64,000 nucleotides of DNA from Deinococcales bacterium (GTDB lineage: Bacteria > Deinococcota > Deinococci > Deinococcales > JAAFIG01), in the NCBI GenBank assembly GCA_031414595.1, contig JANNVX010000067.1, positions 1 through 64,000 of the forward strand, in the 5' to 3' direction. Shown in pieces: positions 9,596-19,787 of this stretch; the first letter of the stretch is position 1, and each line of letters begins with the position of its first letter. The translations under genes were made by a program, and so were the position numbers. The notes beneath the pieces are model-generated. The model was given only the letters and a program-made list of their open reading frames with translations. It was not told the DNA's origin and did not search any database.

Positions 9596-9850
9596 ATGAA
9601 TCAGCCTCATCAAAAAATTAGCATCAGTGTGCCAGTTAATTTGTTACGTTATGCTGAAAAATACCAAGCCCAACAGCAACTCTCGAGCCGCAGCGATGTT
9701 TTTAGTGCAGCTTTGATTGCGTTGCGTGAAAAAGAACTCGAGGAAAGTTACCGAGCGTGGACGGAGGAACAAGGTCATAATCCAGACCCACTTCTTGCCA
9801 TTGATAATACAGATGGACTGGAATTGAGTGATGGAAGCGAGTGGCTGTGA
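9596..9850 (+). CDS. Ribbon-helix-helix antitoxin (MazE-like partner)
   Basis: KISISVP...SRSDVFSAAL RHH pattern, acidic tail, GTGA overlap with the downstream toxin. Confidence 0.8.
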   Translation: MNQPHQKISISVPVNLLRYAEKYQAQQQLSSRSDVFSAALIALREKELEESYRAWTEEQGHNPDPLLAIDNTDGLELSDGSEWL

Positions 9851-10215
9851 GTCTCATTAGGCGTGGTGATATTTACTTTACTCACTTTGGAACGGCTCGA
9901 GAAGGCGAAGTAGGTTATTCTCATCCAAGTGTTGTTGTTAGTAATAACATTGCCAATGCCAATACAGATGTTTTGGTGGTTGTTCCAATCTCGAGTAGTA
10001 TCCAAAGAATTTTTAGGCATGATCTTTTATTGCCACTTGAACGAACTGGCTTAAATAAAGACAGCAAAGCCCAAGTTAATCTGATTCGTCATGTCAGTAC
10101 TGGTCGTTTTGCTAAACGACTTGGTTTCGTACCAGACGATTTAATGCTCGAGTTGGATGAACGCATTCTCGAGCATTTGGGTTTGCTTTATAAGTTAGGC
10201 GCAACACTTTCTTGA
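9847..10215 (+). CDS. mazF: PemK/MazF-family endoribonuclease toxin
   Basis: RRGDIY...GE...HPSVVVSNN...VVPISS...DSKAQ..IR motifs; start is GTG at 9841 or 9847. Confidence 0.85.
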   Translation: MSLIRRGDIYFTHFGTAREGEVGYSHPSVVVSNNIANANTDVLVVVPISSSIQRIFRHDLLLPLERTGLNKDSKAQVNLIRHVSTGRFAKRLGFVPDDLMLELDERILEHLGLLYKLGATLS

Positions 10216-12032
10216 AAATGAGCCTTAATCACTTTGGCAAAATTTATGCCAATGCCTGGCACACCCGCAATTTGCTCTACACTTGCCGCACGAATCTCCT
10301 CGAGACTGGTAAAATGCTCCAAAAGCGCGTCTTTGCGTTTCTCGCCAATCCCTGCTACATCATCAAACACCGATTTCATCATCGCTTCGGCACGCAGCTT
10401 GCGGTGATAAGTAATCGCAAAATGATGCACTTCGTCACGCACCGCAATCATCATTCTTAAGGCGGGGTGGGTCTCGAGGAGGCGGACTTCGCGGTTCTTA
10501 CCGACTTCCGAGCCACTGCTAAGCCACCACTGAGCGCCGTAGATACTGGGTAGAATCAGGGTTTCTTGGCGTTTGGCAAGCCCCACAACTGGCACTTGCA
10601 CCCCAGCTTCTTTTAAGGCATCAAGGGCGGCATTGACCTGCCCGCGTCCACCATCAATCATCAGTAGGTCTGGCATTGGTAATTTCTCTGATAAACTGCC
10701 CGTAAAACGCCGCAACACGGTTTGGCGCATACTGGCGTAGTCGTCTGGACGGTCTAAACCCTTGACCTTAAATCGCCGATGCTCACCTTTGCGGGCGCGT
10801 CCGCCTTCAAAAACGACCATACCCGAAACAATGTGTGTCCCAAATAAATTGCTGTTGTCATAGCCTTCGATTCGCCACGGGCGTTCTGGCAGTGCCAGAA
10901 CTTCCTTAAGTGCCTCGAGTCCGGGGTTCTCGCCGCGTTTCTCGAGCAGCGCCAGTTCAGACTCGAGTCCAGTCTGGGCGTTGCGGGTTGCCATCTCGAG
11001 CAGGTCTACTTTCTCACCGCGTTGCGGATGACGAAGTTCGACTTTTCGTCCTTTGGCACTCATGAATTCTTCCCACACCGTTTTGTCCTCAAATTCGACT
11101 GGCACAAGCACCAGAGGCGGAATTTGCAGTGCCACACCATAATAATCCTGCATAAATGCTTTTAAGATTTCTTCTTCAGAACTTTCTTCTGCCCCAGTTA
11201 AAAAACGTTTATCACGCCCAATCACCCGCCCTGCCCGCATCTGAAAGTGCTGCACCATTGCAAATTCACCAGCTTGGGCAACCCCCAGAAAATCCATGTC
11301 CTCGAGACCCGTGTTTAATGCCACTTGCTGGTCAGAACCAAAGAGTTTTTCGACGGCTTGTACCCTATCCCGAATCCCAGCCGCCAATTCAAATTCACGG
11401 TTGAGGGCAGCTTCACGCATCGAGTCACGCAGCTTTTCTAGCACAACCTGTGCTTTGCCCTCGAGAACCCCCGTCACATCGGCGACTGCCTCGGCGTAAT
11501 CTTCGGGTTTGGCAAACCCGACACACGGCGCAAGACAACGTTTCATATGAAAATTGAGGCACGGGCGTTTTTTGGTCTGAAACGGAATCCCTGAGTTCTT
11601 ACGCAGGGCAAAAGTTGTATCAATCAGGTTCTTGGCTCGCCAGACCGCCCTCGAGTCTGGGTAGGGTCCATAATACTTGCCGCCATCCTTGACGACTTTA
11701 CGGGTCACCACCAACATCGGGTAGACTTCTTTGGTTAATTTTAAGAACGGATAATGCTTATCGTCCTTAAGCAGCACATTGTAACGCGGACGATGCTGTT
11801 TAATCAGATTCGCCTCGAGAACCAGTGCCTCGACTTCGTTCTTGGTGACTATTGTCTCGAGCGAACCTGCATCCCTTGTAATTCGGCTGGACTTGCCCGC
11901 GCTCTTAAAATGCTGCCCGACTCGAGATTTGATGTTATTGGCTTTACCGACATAAATAACCCGTCCGGCAGGGGTGCGGAAAATATACACGCCAGATTGG
12001 GTTGGCAGCACTGGGGCTTCTTCAAACGTCAC
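10188..12032 (-). CDS. uvrC: Excinuclease ABC subunit C
   Basis: GIY-YIG (GVYIF...IYVGKA), [33 protein letters not shown] and C-terminal HhH. Confidence 0.97.
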   Translation of the reverse strand: MTFEEAPVLPTQSGVYIFRTPAGRVIYVGKANNIKSRVGQHFKSAGKSSRITRDAGSLETIVTKNEVEALVLEANLIKQHRPRYNVLLKDDKHYPFLKLTKEVYPMLVVTRKVVKDGGKYYGPYPDSRAVWRAKNLIDTTFALRKNSGIPFQTKKRPCLNFHMKRCLAPCVGFAKPEDYAEAVADVTGVLEGKAQVVLEKLRDSMREAALNREFELAAGIRDRVQAVEKLFGSDQQVALNTGLEDMDFLGVAQAGEFAMVQHFQMRAGRVIGRDKRFLTGAEESSEEEILKAFMQDYYGVALQIPPLVLVPVEFEDKTVWEEFMSAKGRKVELRHPQRGEKVDLLEMATRNAQTGLESELALLEKRGENPGLEALKEVLALPERPWRIEGYDNSNLFGTHIVSGMVVFEGGRARKGEHRRFKVKGLDRPDDYASMRQTVLRRFTGSLSEKLPMPDLLMIDGGRGQVNAALDALKEAGVQVPVVGLAKRQETLILPSIYGAQWWLSSGSEVGKNREVRLLETHPALRMMIAVRDEVHHFAITYHRKLRAEAMMKSVFDDVAGIGEKRKDALLEHFTSLEEIRAASVEQIAGVPGIGINFAKVIKAHFQESVAPNL

Positions 12033-12103
12033 GTTTTACAGTCTACTATTCTGCTGTCGGGTTTTCATGCCTTTGAAGTTGATAAAACGGTATGCTGGCG
12101 GTT

Positions 12104-13033
12104 GTGAAAGAAGTTTTTTTAGAAAAAGCCAAAGGCAGTTTACTTGGCTTAGCCATCGGTGATGCACTTGGGGCAACCAATGAATTTAAGACCCGTGAAT
12201 CCATACAAGAAAGTGTACGTGACCTGATTGGTGGTGGTTGGTTGCACTTAAAAGCTGGTGAAATCACCGACGATACCGAAATGACCCTCTGTATTCTCGA
12301 GGCGTATGCCAGTGGCTACACTTTAGAACTGGTGGCTCAAAATTTCTTAGGCTGGTTAAACTCTAAACCCAAGGATATTGGCAACCTGACCCGAACCGCG
12401 CTAAGCGAATTAAAACGAGGGGTCTCACCAAGAGAATCTGGGCGTATTGCATGGGAAATTATGCGACAGTCTGGTGTCGGCAACGGCGCAGTAATGCGCT
12501 CTGCGCCAACTGCGATTCTTAGATCTTCTGACCGAGAAGTGCGAATGGTCGAAACCATCGAAATTGCCCGAATTACCCATTTTGACCAACGTGCTATCGA
12601 AGCTGCGCTGTGGTTAAACGCGATGATTGCAGCTTATTTATCTGGGGCAAGCGACCAAAGTGCTTGGTTAGCGGCTCGAGAAGAGGTTTTACTGGCTCGA
12701 ATCGAACAAAGCTGGCAGACACCCGACGCTGATGTCTTGGTTTGGGTCGAAGGCGCTCGAGAACTTGAAATTACTGCTTTGAACACCAGTGGTTATGCCC
12801 TTGCGACGGTGCAGGTGGCAGCTTGGGTCTTGATGCACAGCGAAAATTTTGAAGACGGTTTAATTTTAGCGATTAACCAAGGTGGCGATGCTGACACGAT
12901 TGGTGCAGTCACAGGGGCATTGCTTGGCGCAAAATTTGGATTGTCTAGCATTCCTAAACGCTGGCGAGATGGATTACTGATTCATGCCAAACTCGAGACA
13001 ACTTTAGAGAAAGCTTTGAGTTTGATTGAATGA
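12104..13033 (+). CDS. ADP-ribosylglycohydrolase (DraG/ARH family)
   Basis: GDALG, TDDT, GNGAVMR and GGDADT motifs; start GTG 12104 (7 nt after TATGCT) or ATG 12092. Confidence 0.92.
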   Translation: MKEVFLEKAKGSLLGLAIGDALGATNEFKTRESIQESVRDLIGGGWLHLKAGEITDDTEMTLCILEAYASGYTLELVAQNFLGWLNSKPKDIGNLTRTALSELKRGVSPRESGRIAWEIMRQSGVGNGAVMRSAPTAILRSSDREVRMVETIEIARITHFDQRAIEAALWLNAMIAAYLSGASDQSAWLAAREEVLLARIEQSWQTPDADVLVWVEGARELEITALNTSGYALATVQVAAWVLMHSENFEDGLILAINQGGDADTIGAVTGALLGAKFGLSSIPKRWRDGLLIHAKLETTLEKALSLIE

Positions 13034-13076
13034 TGCAATACCAGTTCCTAGTCTTGTCAATCGTAAACTTACGAGT

Positions 13077-13523
13077 ATGAACAGCAAACGCATTTTTATA
13101 GATGCTTTAGATGCCGGTGGCGCAAAACGCTCTAAATTCGTGGCGCAGAACCCACGCGGTGACCGAATCACCTTAGAAGCCCATCACGATGCACCGCTCG
13201 AGTCTGACCCTGCCAGTGTTGGTTTAGGTCCGATGGAGGTTTTACTAGCGGCGGTGGGCAGTTGTATGGCGGTGGATGTCCAAGACATCATGAAGAAAAA
13301 ACGCACGCCGTTAAGTTCTTACCGTATCGAACTCGAGGGGATTCGTGCTGAAAGCATCCCCAAACGGTACACCAAAATTATCATGCAGCACATTGGGCAA
13401 GGCGAAAATGTCAGCCAAGAAGCCTTTGCAAAAGCCGTGCAACTTTCATTTGAAAAATACTGCTCGGTTGCCAGCAGCTTAGCCAAAGACATCGAATTTG
13501 AATTGAAAGCCAGCATTATTTGA
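13077..13523 (+). CDS. OsmC/YhfA family protein
   Basis: GPMEVLLAAVGSC and EKYCSVA motifs; start 13077 follows TAAACT by 7 nt. Confidence 0.9.
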   Translation: MNSKRIFIDALDAGGAKRSKFVAQNPRGDRITLEAHHDAPLESDPASVGLGPMEVLLAAVGSCMAVDVQDIMKKKRTPLSSYRIELEGIRAESIPKRYTKIIMQHIGQGENVSQEAFAKAVQLSFEKYCSVASSLAKDIEFELKASII

Positions 13524-13549
13524 CTCGAGCGCGTGATACCCTATTGAGT

Positions 13550-14350
13550 ATGGAAGTTAGCCCAACTGCACAACCTTGGAAACCCTTACCGCTTCGAGCC
13601 GAAGAATTTTCTTTCTCACTCACTTACGCTGGCGCAAGCGCTGGTTCTGAACGCTGGATGACCCAGTTTGACAAAGGACAATTCTTAATTCGCCGCGAAG
13701 CCATTTTTCATGGTGGATTAGGCATGTCCAAACGTATTCAAATCTCGAGGTTTGAACAAAGTCTGCGTCTACCAGTCTTGTTTACCGAAAACGATTCTGG
13801 CAGAATTTTTGAAACAGCTTTTGACCGTCGGGCTGGAACAGTCACATTGCGCCAAAACCGTGACGAAGCGACTCTGGCTTTAACCCAGGATTACCACGAC
13901 CCGCTTTCAATTGTGCAATTGCTGCGTGACCTAGACCCAGACACCCAAACCCTGCGTGTCCCGATGGTTGGCGGCACAGTCTTGGTGACCCGCCTAGACG
14001 ATGAACTGATAGATACCCCTTGGGGTGAAGTCATGGCTCGAGCCTACTATCTGCGCCCCGGCATGGGCTTTATTTACATCGAACTCGAAGCGCCTTACCG
14101 CCCACTAAAATTTGTGCAAGCCATTGGGCGTTTTGTTCTCGAGTCATCCCTGACCCGCACATCGGAAACTCGAGTCGCTAAACCAGACCAAAAACGCCCT
14201 CGAGGACGGGTTAAGCAGCCCCAACAACAAGTCCAACAAAAAGTGAGTGCGCCAAAACCAGTCCAAGCCACGCTCCAACGCCCAGAAAATGAAAACGCCG
14301 AGCGCAAAGGTAAGCGCAAACGGCGTTTTCGTAAACCGAACAAGGCATAG
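13550..14350 (+). CDS. DUF3108-like hypothetical protein with basic disordered C-tail
   Basis: HDPLS and TPWGE motifs typical of DUF3108-like beta proteins; Q/K/R-rich tail. Confidence 0.6.
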   Translation: MEVSPTAQPWKPLPLRAEEFSFSLTYAGASAGSERWMTQFDKGQFLIRREAIFHGGLGMSKRIQISRFEQSLRLPVLFTENDSGRIFETAFDRRAGTVTLRQNRDEATLALTQDYHDPLSIVQLLRDLDPDTQTLRVPMVGGTVLVTRLDDELIDTPWGEVMARAYYLRPGMGFIYIELEAPYRPLKFVQAIGRFVLESSLTRTSETRVAKPDQKRPRGRVKQPQQQVQQKVSAPKPVQATLQRPENENAERKGKRKRRFRKPNKA

Positions 14351-14380
14351 GGCTAAAGAGTTGATTCTCGAGGATGGCTT

Positions 14381-14680
14381 TTAAGTTCTCATTACTGGCA
14401 GTTTAGCCTCGAGTGGACCTTCGGGCAATAAAAAGGTCACGCTGTCAGAACTGATGCTGGCATACACCACAGATTGTTCGGATGATTTATTTCTTGCCAC
14501 TAGACTCAGGGCATATTGCGATAATTCTGGGTCTTGTACAGGTAACGGCACAAGTTCAAAATCATCAGGCATTTGCGCCAGTATTTCGAGTTGTTCAGTT
14601 AGCAAACGAGTTAGCAAACGGTGATGCTGACCAAGTGCTTCTTGGAATGTATGGTTTGTTTGATTGTATTCTGCAATCAT
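14381..14680 (-). CDS. Small acidic hypothetical protein (DUF5647-like, putative antitoxin)
   Basis: 99 aa; LEILAQMPDDFELVPLPVQDPEL pattern; translationally coupled (TAATG overlap) to the upstream gene. Confidence 0.6.
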   Translation of the reverse strand: MIAEYNQTNHTFQEALGQHHRLLTRLLTEQLEILAQMPDDFELVPLPVQDPELSQYALSLVARNKSSEQSVVYASISSDSVTFLLPEGPLEAKLPVMRT

Positions 14681-15012
14681 TAGCGTTCGCCTTTCTCCTC
14701 AGATTTTTTAGCTTCGAGGTAGGCTTGAGTATACTCCATATAGTGCTTGCGTAGGTCTTGCTGTGCGAAATCAATAGCTTGGCTTGCTTCTTTTGGTATA
14801 GCAATTTCTTCGTGTACAGCTATTAAGTGACGATCACGATGCGCTTTTCCACCTGCTGTATCGTACCGAGTTACCCATTGCCAGTTATCTTCTGGGCTGC
14901 ACATTTCAAGTTGTACAGCCCAGTGTGAAATCGCACCTAAATCAAATTCTATTGTGGTTCGTAGCCGATGATTTGCATCTATCACTTGGTTGATTTGTTT
15001 GTTTTTCGGCAT
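14680..15012 (-). CDS. Small hypothetical protein (DUF6516/DUF7718-like, putative toxin)
   Basis: 110 aa with the RYDTAGGKAHRDRH motif (RYD...H.. type). Confidence 0.6.
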   Translation of the reverse strand: MPKNKQINQVIDANHRLRTTIEFDLGAISHWAVQLEMCSPEDNWQWVTRYDTAGGKAHRDRHLIAVHEEIAIPKEASQAIDFAQQDLRKHYMEYTQAYLEAKKSEEKGER

Positions 15013-15051
15013 TATTTCTTTGGTAATCTGTATGTCTGGTTTTACTCGAGT

Positions 15052-18000
15052 TTAACCACACTTGCTATAGCCACAGCTTTGGCATTTTAAGCAACCTTCT
15101 TCACGTACCAAATTAGGGCTGCTGCAACTTGGGCATTTTTCGCCTTTCATGGCAACCTGTGCGTGACCCAGTTTGGCTGGCTTGAACAACGAGGCTTGTA
15201 ATTCCTCGGCACTTGGGGCTGCGCCAGAAACGGCTGGATAAGTCTGCATGTCGGTGTACAAAAGTGGCTGCTCGGCTGGACGGACTGCGCCACTCGAGGC
15301 GGTACTCTCGAGTGCCACGGCGATTAAATCGGCTTTGCTGCCGACAAGCCTGCCGTTGTAACTGCCATATAAACCGCCATTAATACCACGAAGCGTTTTT
15401 TGAATCGCTTCGGCTGGAACGCCGTATTGCAGGGCAATAGACACAACCCGTCCGAGGGCTTCGCTGTCGGCGTTGGCTTCGTCGCCAGCCCGTCCGGAAA
15501 CCACGACAATTTCTACGGGTTTGCCCTCTAAAGTATTGGTGGTGATTAAAAAAGTACGTTTTGTACCAGCCGCAAGGTCGGTCAGTTTTACCATGTCGGT
15601 CACACCAGTTAAGCGGGTTGGACGTGAGAAAATCGGTGAACCGGGTTGAAAACTCTGATTTGCCCCCCACAGGGTTTCTTCGATGCTCGAGTTAAGGTTT
15701 GGCTCGAGTGGAATGATGTTACTGGCTTCTTCTTTTTTCTCTTCTTTGCTGGTGCTAAGCACTTGGAATTGTCTCGAGCCGTCGCGGTAGACGGTTATGC
15801 CTTTACAGCCCGTGCGGTAGGCTTCCGAGTAAGCCGCTTCAACATCTTCGACCGTCGCAGAATTAGGTAAGTTAATGGTTTTACTTAAGCTGTTCGCCGC
15901 AAAACCTTCGGTGTCAAAGGCTTGTTGGACTGTACCTTGCATTCGTACATGGTCTAATGGGGCAATGTCATGGGCGCAAATAAAGACGCTCTGGACTGCA
16001 TCGGGTACAAATTCGAGTCCAACACAAGACCCGTGGTTACTGGCTATTGCATCGGTGACTTTATCCCAATCCCAAGCATTATTTTTGGCGTATTTTGCAT
16101 GGGCTGGGTACTGCTCGAGCAGTTCTTGGAATAATGGTGCAGTTAAGGCTTTATATTCCGCTCCAATTTTGCGCCAAATAAACGGACTAAAGACTGGTTC
16201 GATGCCTGATGATACCCCCATCAGCATACTGGTTGTACCAGTTGGCGCAACCGTCAGCACCGCCACATTACGGCGTGGGGCATGGGGAATTTTATCTTTG
16301 TTCTGTTCAAAGACTGGGTACACACCGCGCTCGAGACCTAAGTTTTGGCTTTCGTTGACCGCTTCTTGACGCATCACACTCATGATTTTGTGGATGGTGT
16401 CGCGTCCTTGTTGGTTATCGTAACGCTGATCCATAAGAATCAGTGCGTCGGCGAGTCCCATCACCCCAAGCCCAAGGCGGCGCAGGTTTTGACTGGCAAC
16501 ACGGTTATCTTCTAAAGCAAAGACATTTACCTCGAGAACATCGTCTAAGAAACGAATGCAGTCACGGACATCGGTGCGGAAGGTGGCGTAGTCAAAAGTT
16601 TTGTTCTGCACGTAAGCTGCCAAGTTTATTGCACCTAAATCACAGGGTTCTCCAACTGTCAGAGGAATCTCGCCACAGGGATTGGTGCTTTTAATCTGAT
16701 AACGCTCGCCTAAATTCTTCAAAGCACTTAATTCGTTGACTTTATCAATGTAAATTAAACCCGGTTCACCAGTCGCCCACGCATGTTCGGCAATTTGTCG
16801 CCATAACCACTTGGCTGGAATCCCACCAACATACACAGGTACGCCCTTTGCCCCATCCAATGCTCGAGTTGGTAAAACTGGGATTGTACCGTTGTATTCA
16901 CCCTCAAGCCTGACAATATGGTACTTACCCATCACCTCGAGCGGCGCGATGTTCCACAGCGCATCGGCTTGGAGGGTATTCCAGAATTTCTCGGTTGGTA
17001 GAATCGAGATGTTAAAGGTGGAAATATCACCTTCGCCAGTTTCGCGGTCTAGGTCTTTGGCGGTTAAGAAATCCAGAACGTCTGGATGGTCTATAGAAAT
17101 GGTTGCCATCCCAGCGCCCCTCCTGGTGTTGTGACTGACCATTCCATTAGCAATGTACGTGTGGTTTTCATTGACGCTTAAATCCAAGGTGAGGATACGC
17201 CCTGCTTCTGTCACGCTCGAGACTTCTACATAACATTCTTCGGTATTGATGGCGGGAAGCATTTCTTCAAGCTGCTGCGTTTGGGTCAGCGCAGCATAAC
17301 CACTGATGGTTAATTGGCGTTCACCACGCATGTAGCGCGATAAGGTTTTGCGATTTTGAGTGTGAGGACTTGGGTGTCCTTTGCTGCCTTTTGGCAATTG
17401 ATTAAAAGTTTCTTCAAGTAAGCCTTGTGCGTGAGGTAATACCCATGCCGATTCACGGCTCTTGTCGGGTGTAAAGTCGTTCATGGCGGCGAATCTCGAG
17501 CCGTTTGCCCAGCCAATGCGTTCTTTGTAACGTTCAAAACCAATGTGTGAGGTGACTCGAATACGAGCGTATGGTTTACTCGAGTAACGGTCTTCTCGAG
17601 CCGCATAATCCGAAACTTGACTTGGAATGCCTAATCCAGCCAGCAACACTGCCAAATCTTCGACAAATTTTCTCGAGACGCTGCTTAGTTCTGGGTAATG
17701 ATGACTGAGCGTCCCATCAGCTTCAAAAACACCGTGTAAGAATGCGCCTAGAATATGCCGTGGTGCTTGGCGAATCGCCCGTGGAACTTCCAAGTTTTCA
17801 GCTTTAGGTTTGAGTAGATTATTCTTTTCGAGCCACATAGTTAGGGCTGCGCTTTTGACCACAAACACAACGCTTTTATCGTTTTCCTTTTGTTGAATAC
17901 CGACATCTAAACCAAAGAGAGCTTGGAACATCTCTGGGACTCTTTTTTCCATGATGCTGCCATGAGCCGCACACATGCCAACACGTCCGCCAGTGCTGAT

Positions 18001-19353
18001 AAAACCATCGCCCCATAAGTAACCAAGCCAAAAAGCCAAATCTTCGGTCAGGGTTTCGGGGGTTTGTATCCGAGTGGCATTGAAATGTAGGTCTGCTTCC
18101 TCGAGAGGTTGCAGTTGGACACTGCTGCCTGTGTGTTGGTCAAGGCTTTGAATCACGTGATCGCCTTGCTTAAGTTCAGATAATTTGACCCATTCTCTTG
18201 TTCCGTCCGAACGCATCACTTTGAGTTTGTGGTTTGGTGTACCTTGAATAAATAAGCCGTTCTCGAGTGCTACTTTTAAGGTGTTGGCAACGCCGTTGTT
18301 AAAGGTTTCTGGGCTGTGTTTCCAACCTTCGTCAGTGGCAACTTCGAGGGCATGGTGTTGCCAACCTGTGATGTATGGGTCTACCAGTTCGGACAAACGC
18401 AATGTGCCTTTGCTGGTGTGAACCAGTGTATCTGGGTGTAAACAACCGCCCTGCCTCACAACCCTCAACACTGGCGCATAACAATACCTGAGTGTCGCCA
18501 CTGGACCAGATTGCTCTGCCCCTAAATTTGCCCACTCGAGGAAATTATCAAAAATCTCAAATAAGAACGACACGGGTCCACTGGATGTACCGCCAGACCC
18601 TTTAATCGGTGCGCCTTCTTCGCGCAGTCCAGACAAATCTATGCGTGGTTCATTGCCAGCCTTGGCAGTGGCACAGACCATTTTGGCTGCCTCGAGAATC
18701 CCGCCCATGTCGTCGTGAATGGCATTGACATTATCAGGCAGACTGCCGACTAAATTTACCCCGTATTGCCGTGCGAGACTCGAGAGTGTTGGCGAGACAA
18801 CTCCGTAGACCACTTTGCTCCAGTTACGGATACTGGTCGGTTGTTTTTCACCGTCGGGCATGGTTGGTGGGCGCATTAAACCTTTGATAAAATCTTCAAC
18901 ATCGGGGTGGGTGGCGCTCATGTATGCCCAACCGCGTACACCGTTATCTGAGCGGCTGGTGCTTGCCCTTGGGGTATAGACATCTAAGTTCACGCCGTTG
19001 CCACCGCCGACTTTGGTGACGAGAGCCAGTTTTTTGGCGACTTCCATGACCCCAAGAAAGCTGCTTGGCTCAAATTCGGTTGCACCTTGGACAAAGCAGT
19101 TCAGGACATTGCCGTGCTGCGTTCCAGCCCCAGCTAGAACCCGTCCACCGGGGCAGAAGCGTTTACTTGCCATCAGGTCATAAAAAGTTGCACCCCATTT
19201 GGCTTTTAATTCGGGGGTGCTTTCGGCACTCGAGACCCAACTGGCAATGCGCTGGAACATGCCAAAAACGTCAGTATCAGACGGCTGCATGTATTGGCGT
19301 TTGGCAATACTTTGGGCGTGGTCGTCGAAGTGGTAAGTGGTATTTTGGGTCAT
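15052..19353 (-). CDS. nrdJ: Adenosylcobalamin-dependent (class II) ribonucleotide reductase with intein
   Basis: NCFV, TNPCGE, EPCDLGAINL, RRLGLGVMGLAD, APTGT, SKTIN and GCKGITVYRDGS motifs; C-terminal TSCPD-like domain and CxxC...CxxC; GGAGG RBS before ATG 19353. Confidence 0.95.
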   Translation of the reverse strand: MTQNTTYHFDDHAQSIAKRQYMQPSDTDVFGMFQRIASWVSSAESTPELKAKWGATFYDLMASKRFCPGGRVLAGAGTQHGNVLNCFVQGATEFEPSSFLGVMEVAKKLALVTKVGGGNGVNLDVYTPRASTSRSDNGVRGWAYMSATHPDVEDFIKGLMRPPTMPDGEKQPTSIRNWSKVVYGVVSPTLSSLARQYGVNLVGSLPDNVNAIHDDMGGILEAAKMVCATAKAGNEPRIDLSGLREEGAPIKGSGGTSSGPVSFLFEIFDNFLEWANLGAEQSGPVATLRYCYAPVLRVVRQGGCLHPDTLVHTSKGTLRLSELVDPYITGWQHHALEVATDEGWKHSPETFNNGVANTLKVALENGLFIQGTPNHKLKVMRSDGTREWVKLSELKQGDHVIQSLDQHTGSSVQLQPLEEADLHFNATRIQTPETLTEDLAFWLGYLWGDGFISTGGRVGMCAAHGSIMEKRVPEMFQALFGLDVGIQQKENDKSVVFVVKSAALTMWLEKNNLLKPKAENLEVPRAIRQAPRHILGAFLHGVFEADGTLSHHYPELSSVSRKFVEDLAVLLAGLGIPSQVSDYAAREDRYSSKPYARIRVTSHIGFERYKERIGWANGSRFAAMNDFTPDKSRESAWVLPHAQGLLEETFNQLPKGSKGHPSPHTQNRKTLSRYMRGERQLTISGYAALTQTQQLEEMLPAINTEECYVEVSSVTEAGRILTLDLSVNENHTYIANGMVSHNTRRGAGMATISIDHPDVLDFLTAKDLDRETGEGDISTFNISILPTEKFWNTLQADALWNIAPLEVMGKYHIVRLEGEYNGTIPVLPTRALDGAKGVPVYVGGIPAKWLWRQIAEHAWATGEPGLIYIDKVNELSALKNLGERYQIKSTNPCGEIPLTVGEPCDLGAINLAAYVQNKTFDYATFRTDVRDCIRFLDDVLEVNVFALEDNRVASQNLRRLGLGVMGLADALILMDQRYDNQQGRDTIHKIMSVMRQEAVNESQNLGLERGVYPVFEQNKDKIPHAPRRNVAVLTVAPTGTTSMLMGVSSGIEPVFSPFIWRKIGAEYKALTAPLFQELLEQYPAHAKYAKNNAWDWDKVTDAIASNHGSCVGLEFVPDAVQSVFICAHDIAPLDHVRMQGTVQQAFDTEGFAANSLSKTINLPNSATVEDVEAAYSEAYRTGCKGITVYRDGSRQFQVLSTSKEEKKEEASNIIPLEPNLNSSIEETLWGANQSFQPGSPIFSRPTRLTGVTDMVKLTDLAAGTKRTFLITTNTLEGKPVEIVVVSGRAGDEANADSEALGRVVSIALQYGVPAEAIQKTLRGINGGLYGSYNGRLVGSKADLIAVALESTASSGAVRPAEQPLLYTDMQTYPAVSGAAPSAEELQASLFKPAKLGHAQVAMKGEKCPSCSSPNLVREEGCLKCQSCGYSKCG
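17128..18444 (-). mobile_element. Intein (439 aa) with LAGLIDADG homing endonuclease
   Basis: Inserted in RQGG|TRRGA; begins CLHPDT, has block B TPNH, two LAGLIDADG-like motifs (LGYLWGDG, LHGVFEADG), ends VSHN, +1 residue Thr. Confidence 0.95.
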
Positions 19354-19525
19354 GTTTTGCTGCCTCCGAATGGGTTTTTGGGTCAAACAATGCACCTCGA
19401 GCAGTCTCGAGGGAATTTAGATTGAGGTCTAGTTGACGAACAGGGGACAAATGGGGTCAAATTGAGTTTCCTGCATTTTGCCCCTTTACAGATGTTTGGG
19501 GTTTAATGCTTTTTCAAACATCCGA

Positions 19526-19603
19526 ATCCCATATCTCGTGCTTTAGTTTAAGTAGCATACCATATCTTGGGTGTCCGTCAAGATTAGACACAATATCAAG
19601 TTG
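19526..19603. promoter_or_regulatory. Three tandem NrdR boxes
   Basis: ATCCCATATCTCGTGC (19526), ATACCATATCTTGGGT (19557) and ACACAATATCAAGTTG (19588) match acaCwAtATaTwGtg at exact 31-bp spacing upstream of nrdJ. Confidence 0.85.
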
Positions 19604-19787
19604 ATACTGTTTATAACGTAATCTGAGTAAATTTGTGCATCCTAGGCGCAATTATTCCAAAAAAATCAGCAAAAACAACGCCAGAAACGCAAAAAAGATA
19701 AAAATTACACCGAATCCAAAATTTAGATAGACTCGAGACCATAAACTGTATGCGCCAAGCCCCTTAAACTCAAGTAGACTCGAGACC

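Noticed and set aside
19354-19787. Cobalamin riboswitch between nrdJ and cobT
   Set aside because: No recognisable B12-box or conserved core on either strand by eye; NrdR boxes explain the conserved-looking part. An Rfam scan would be decisive.
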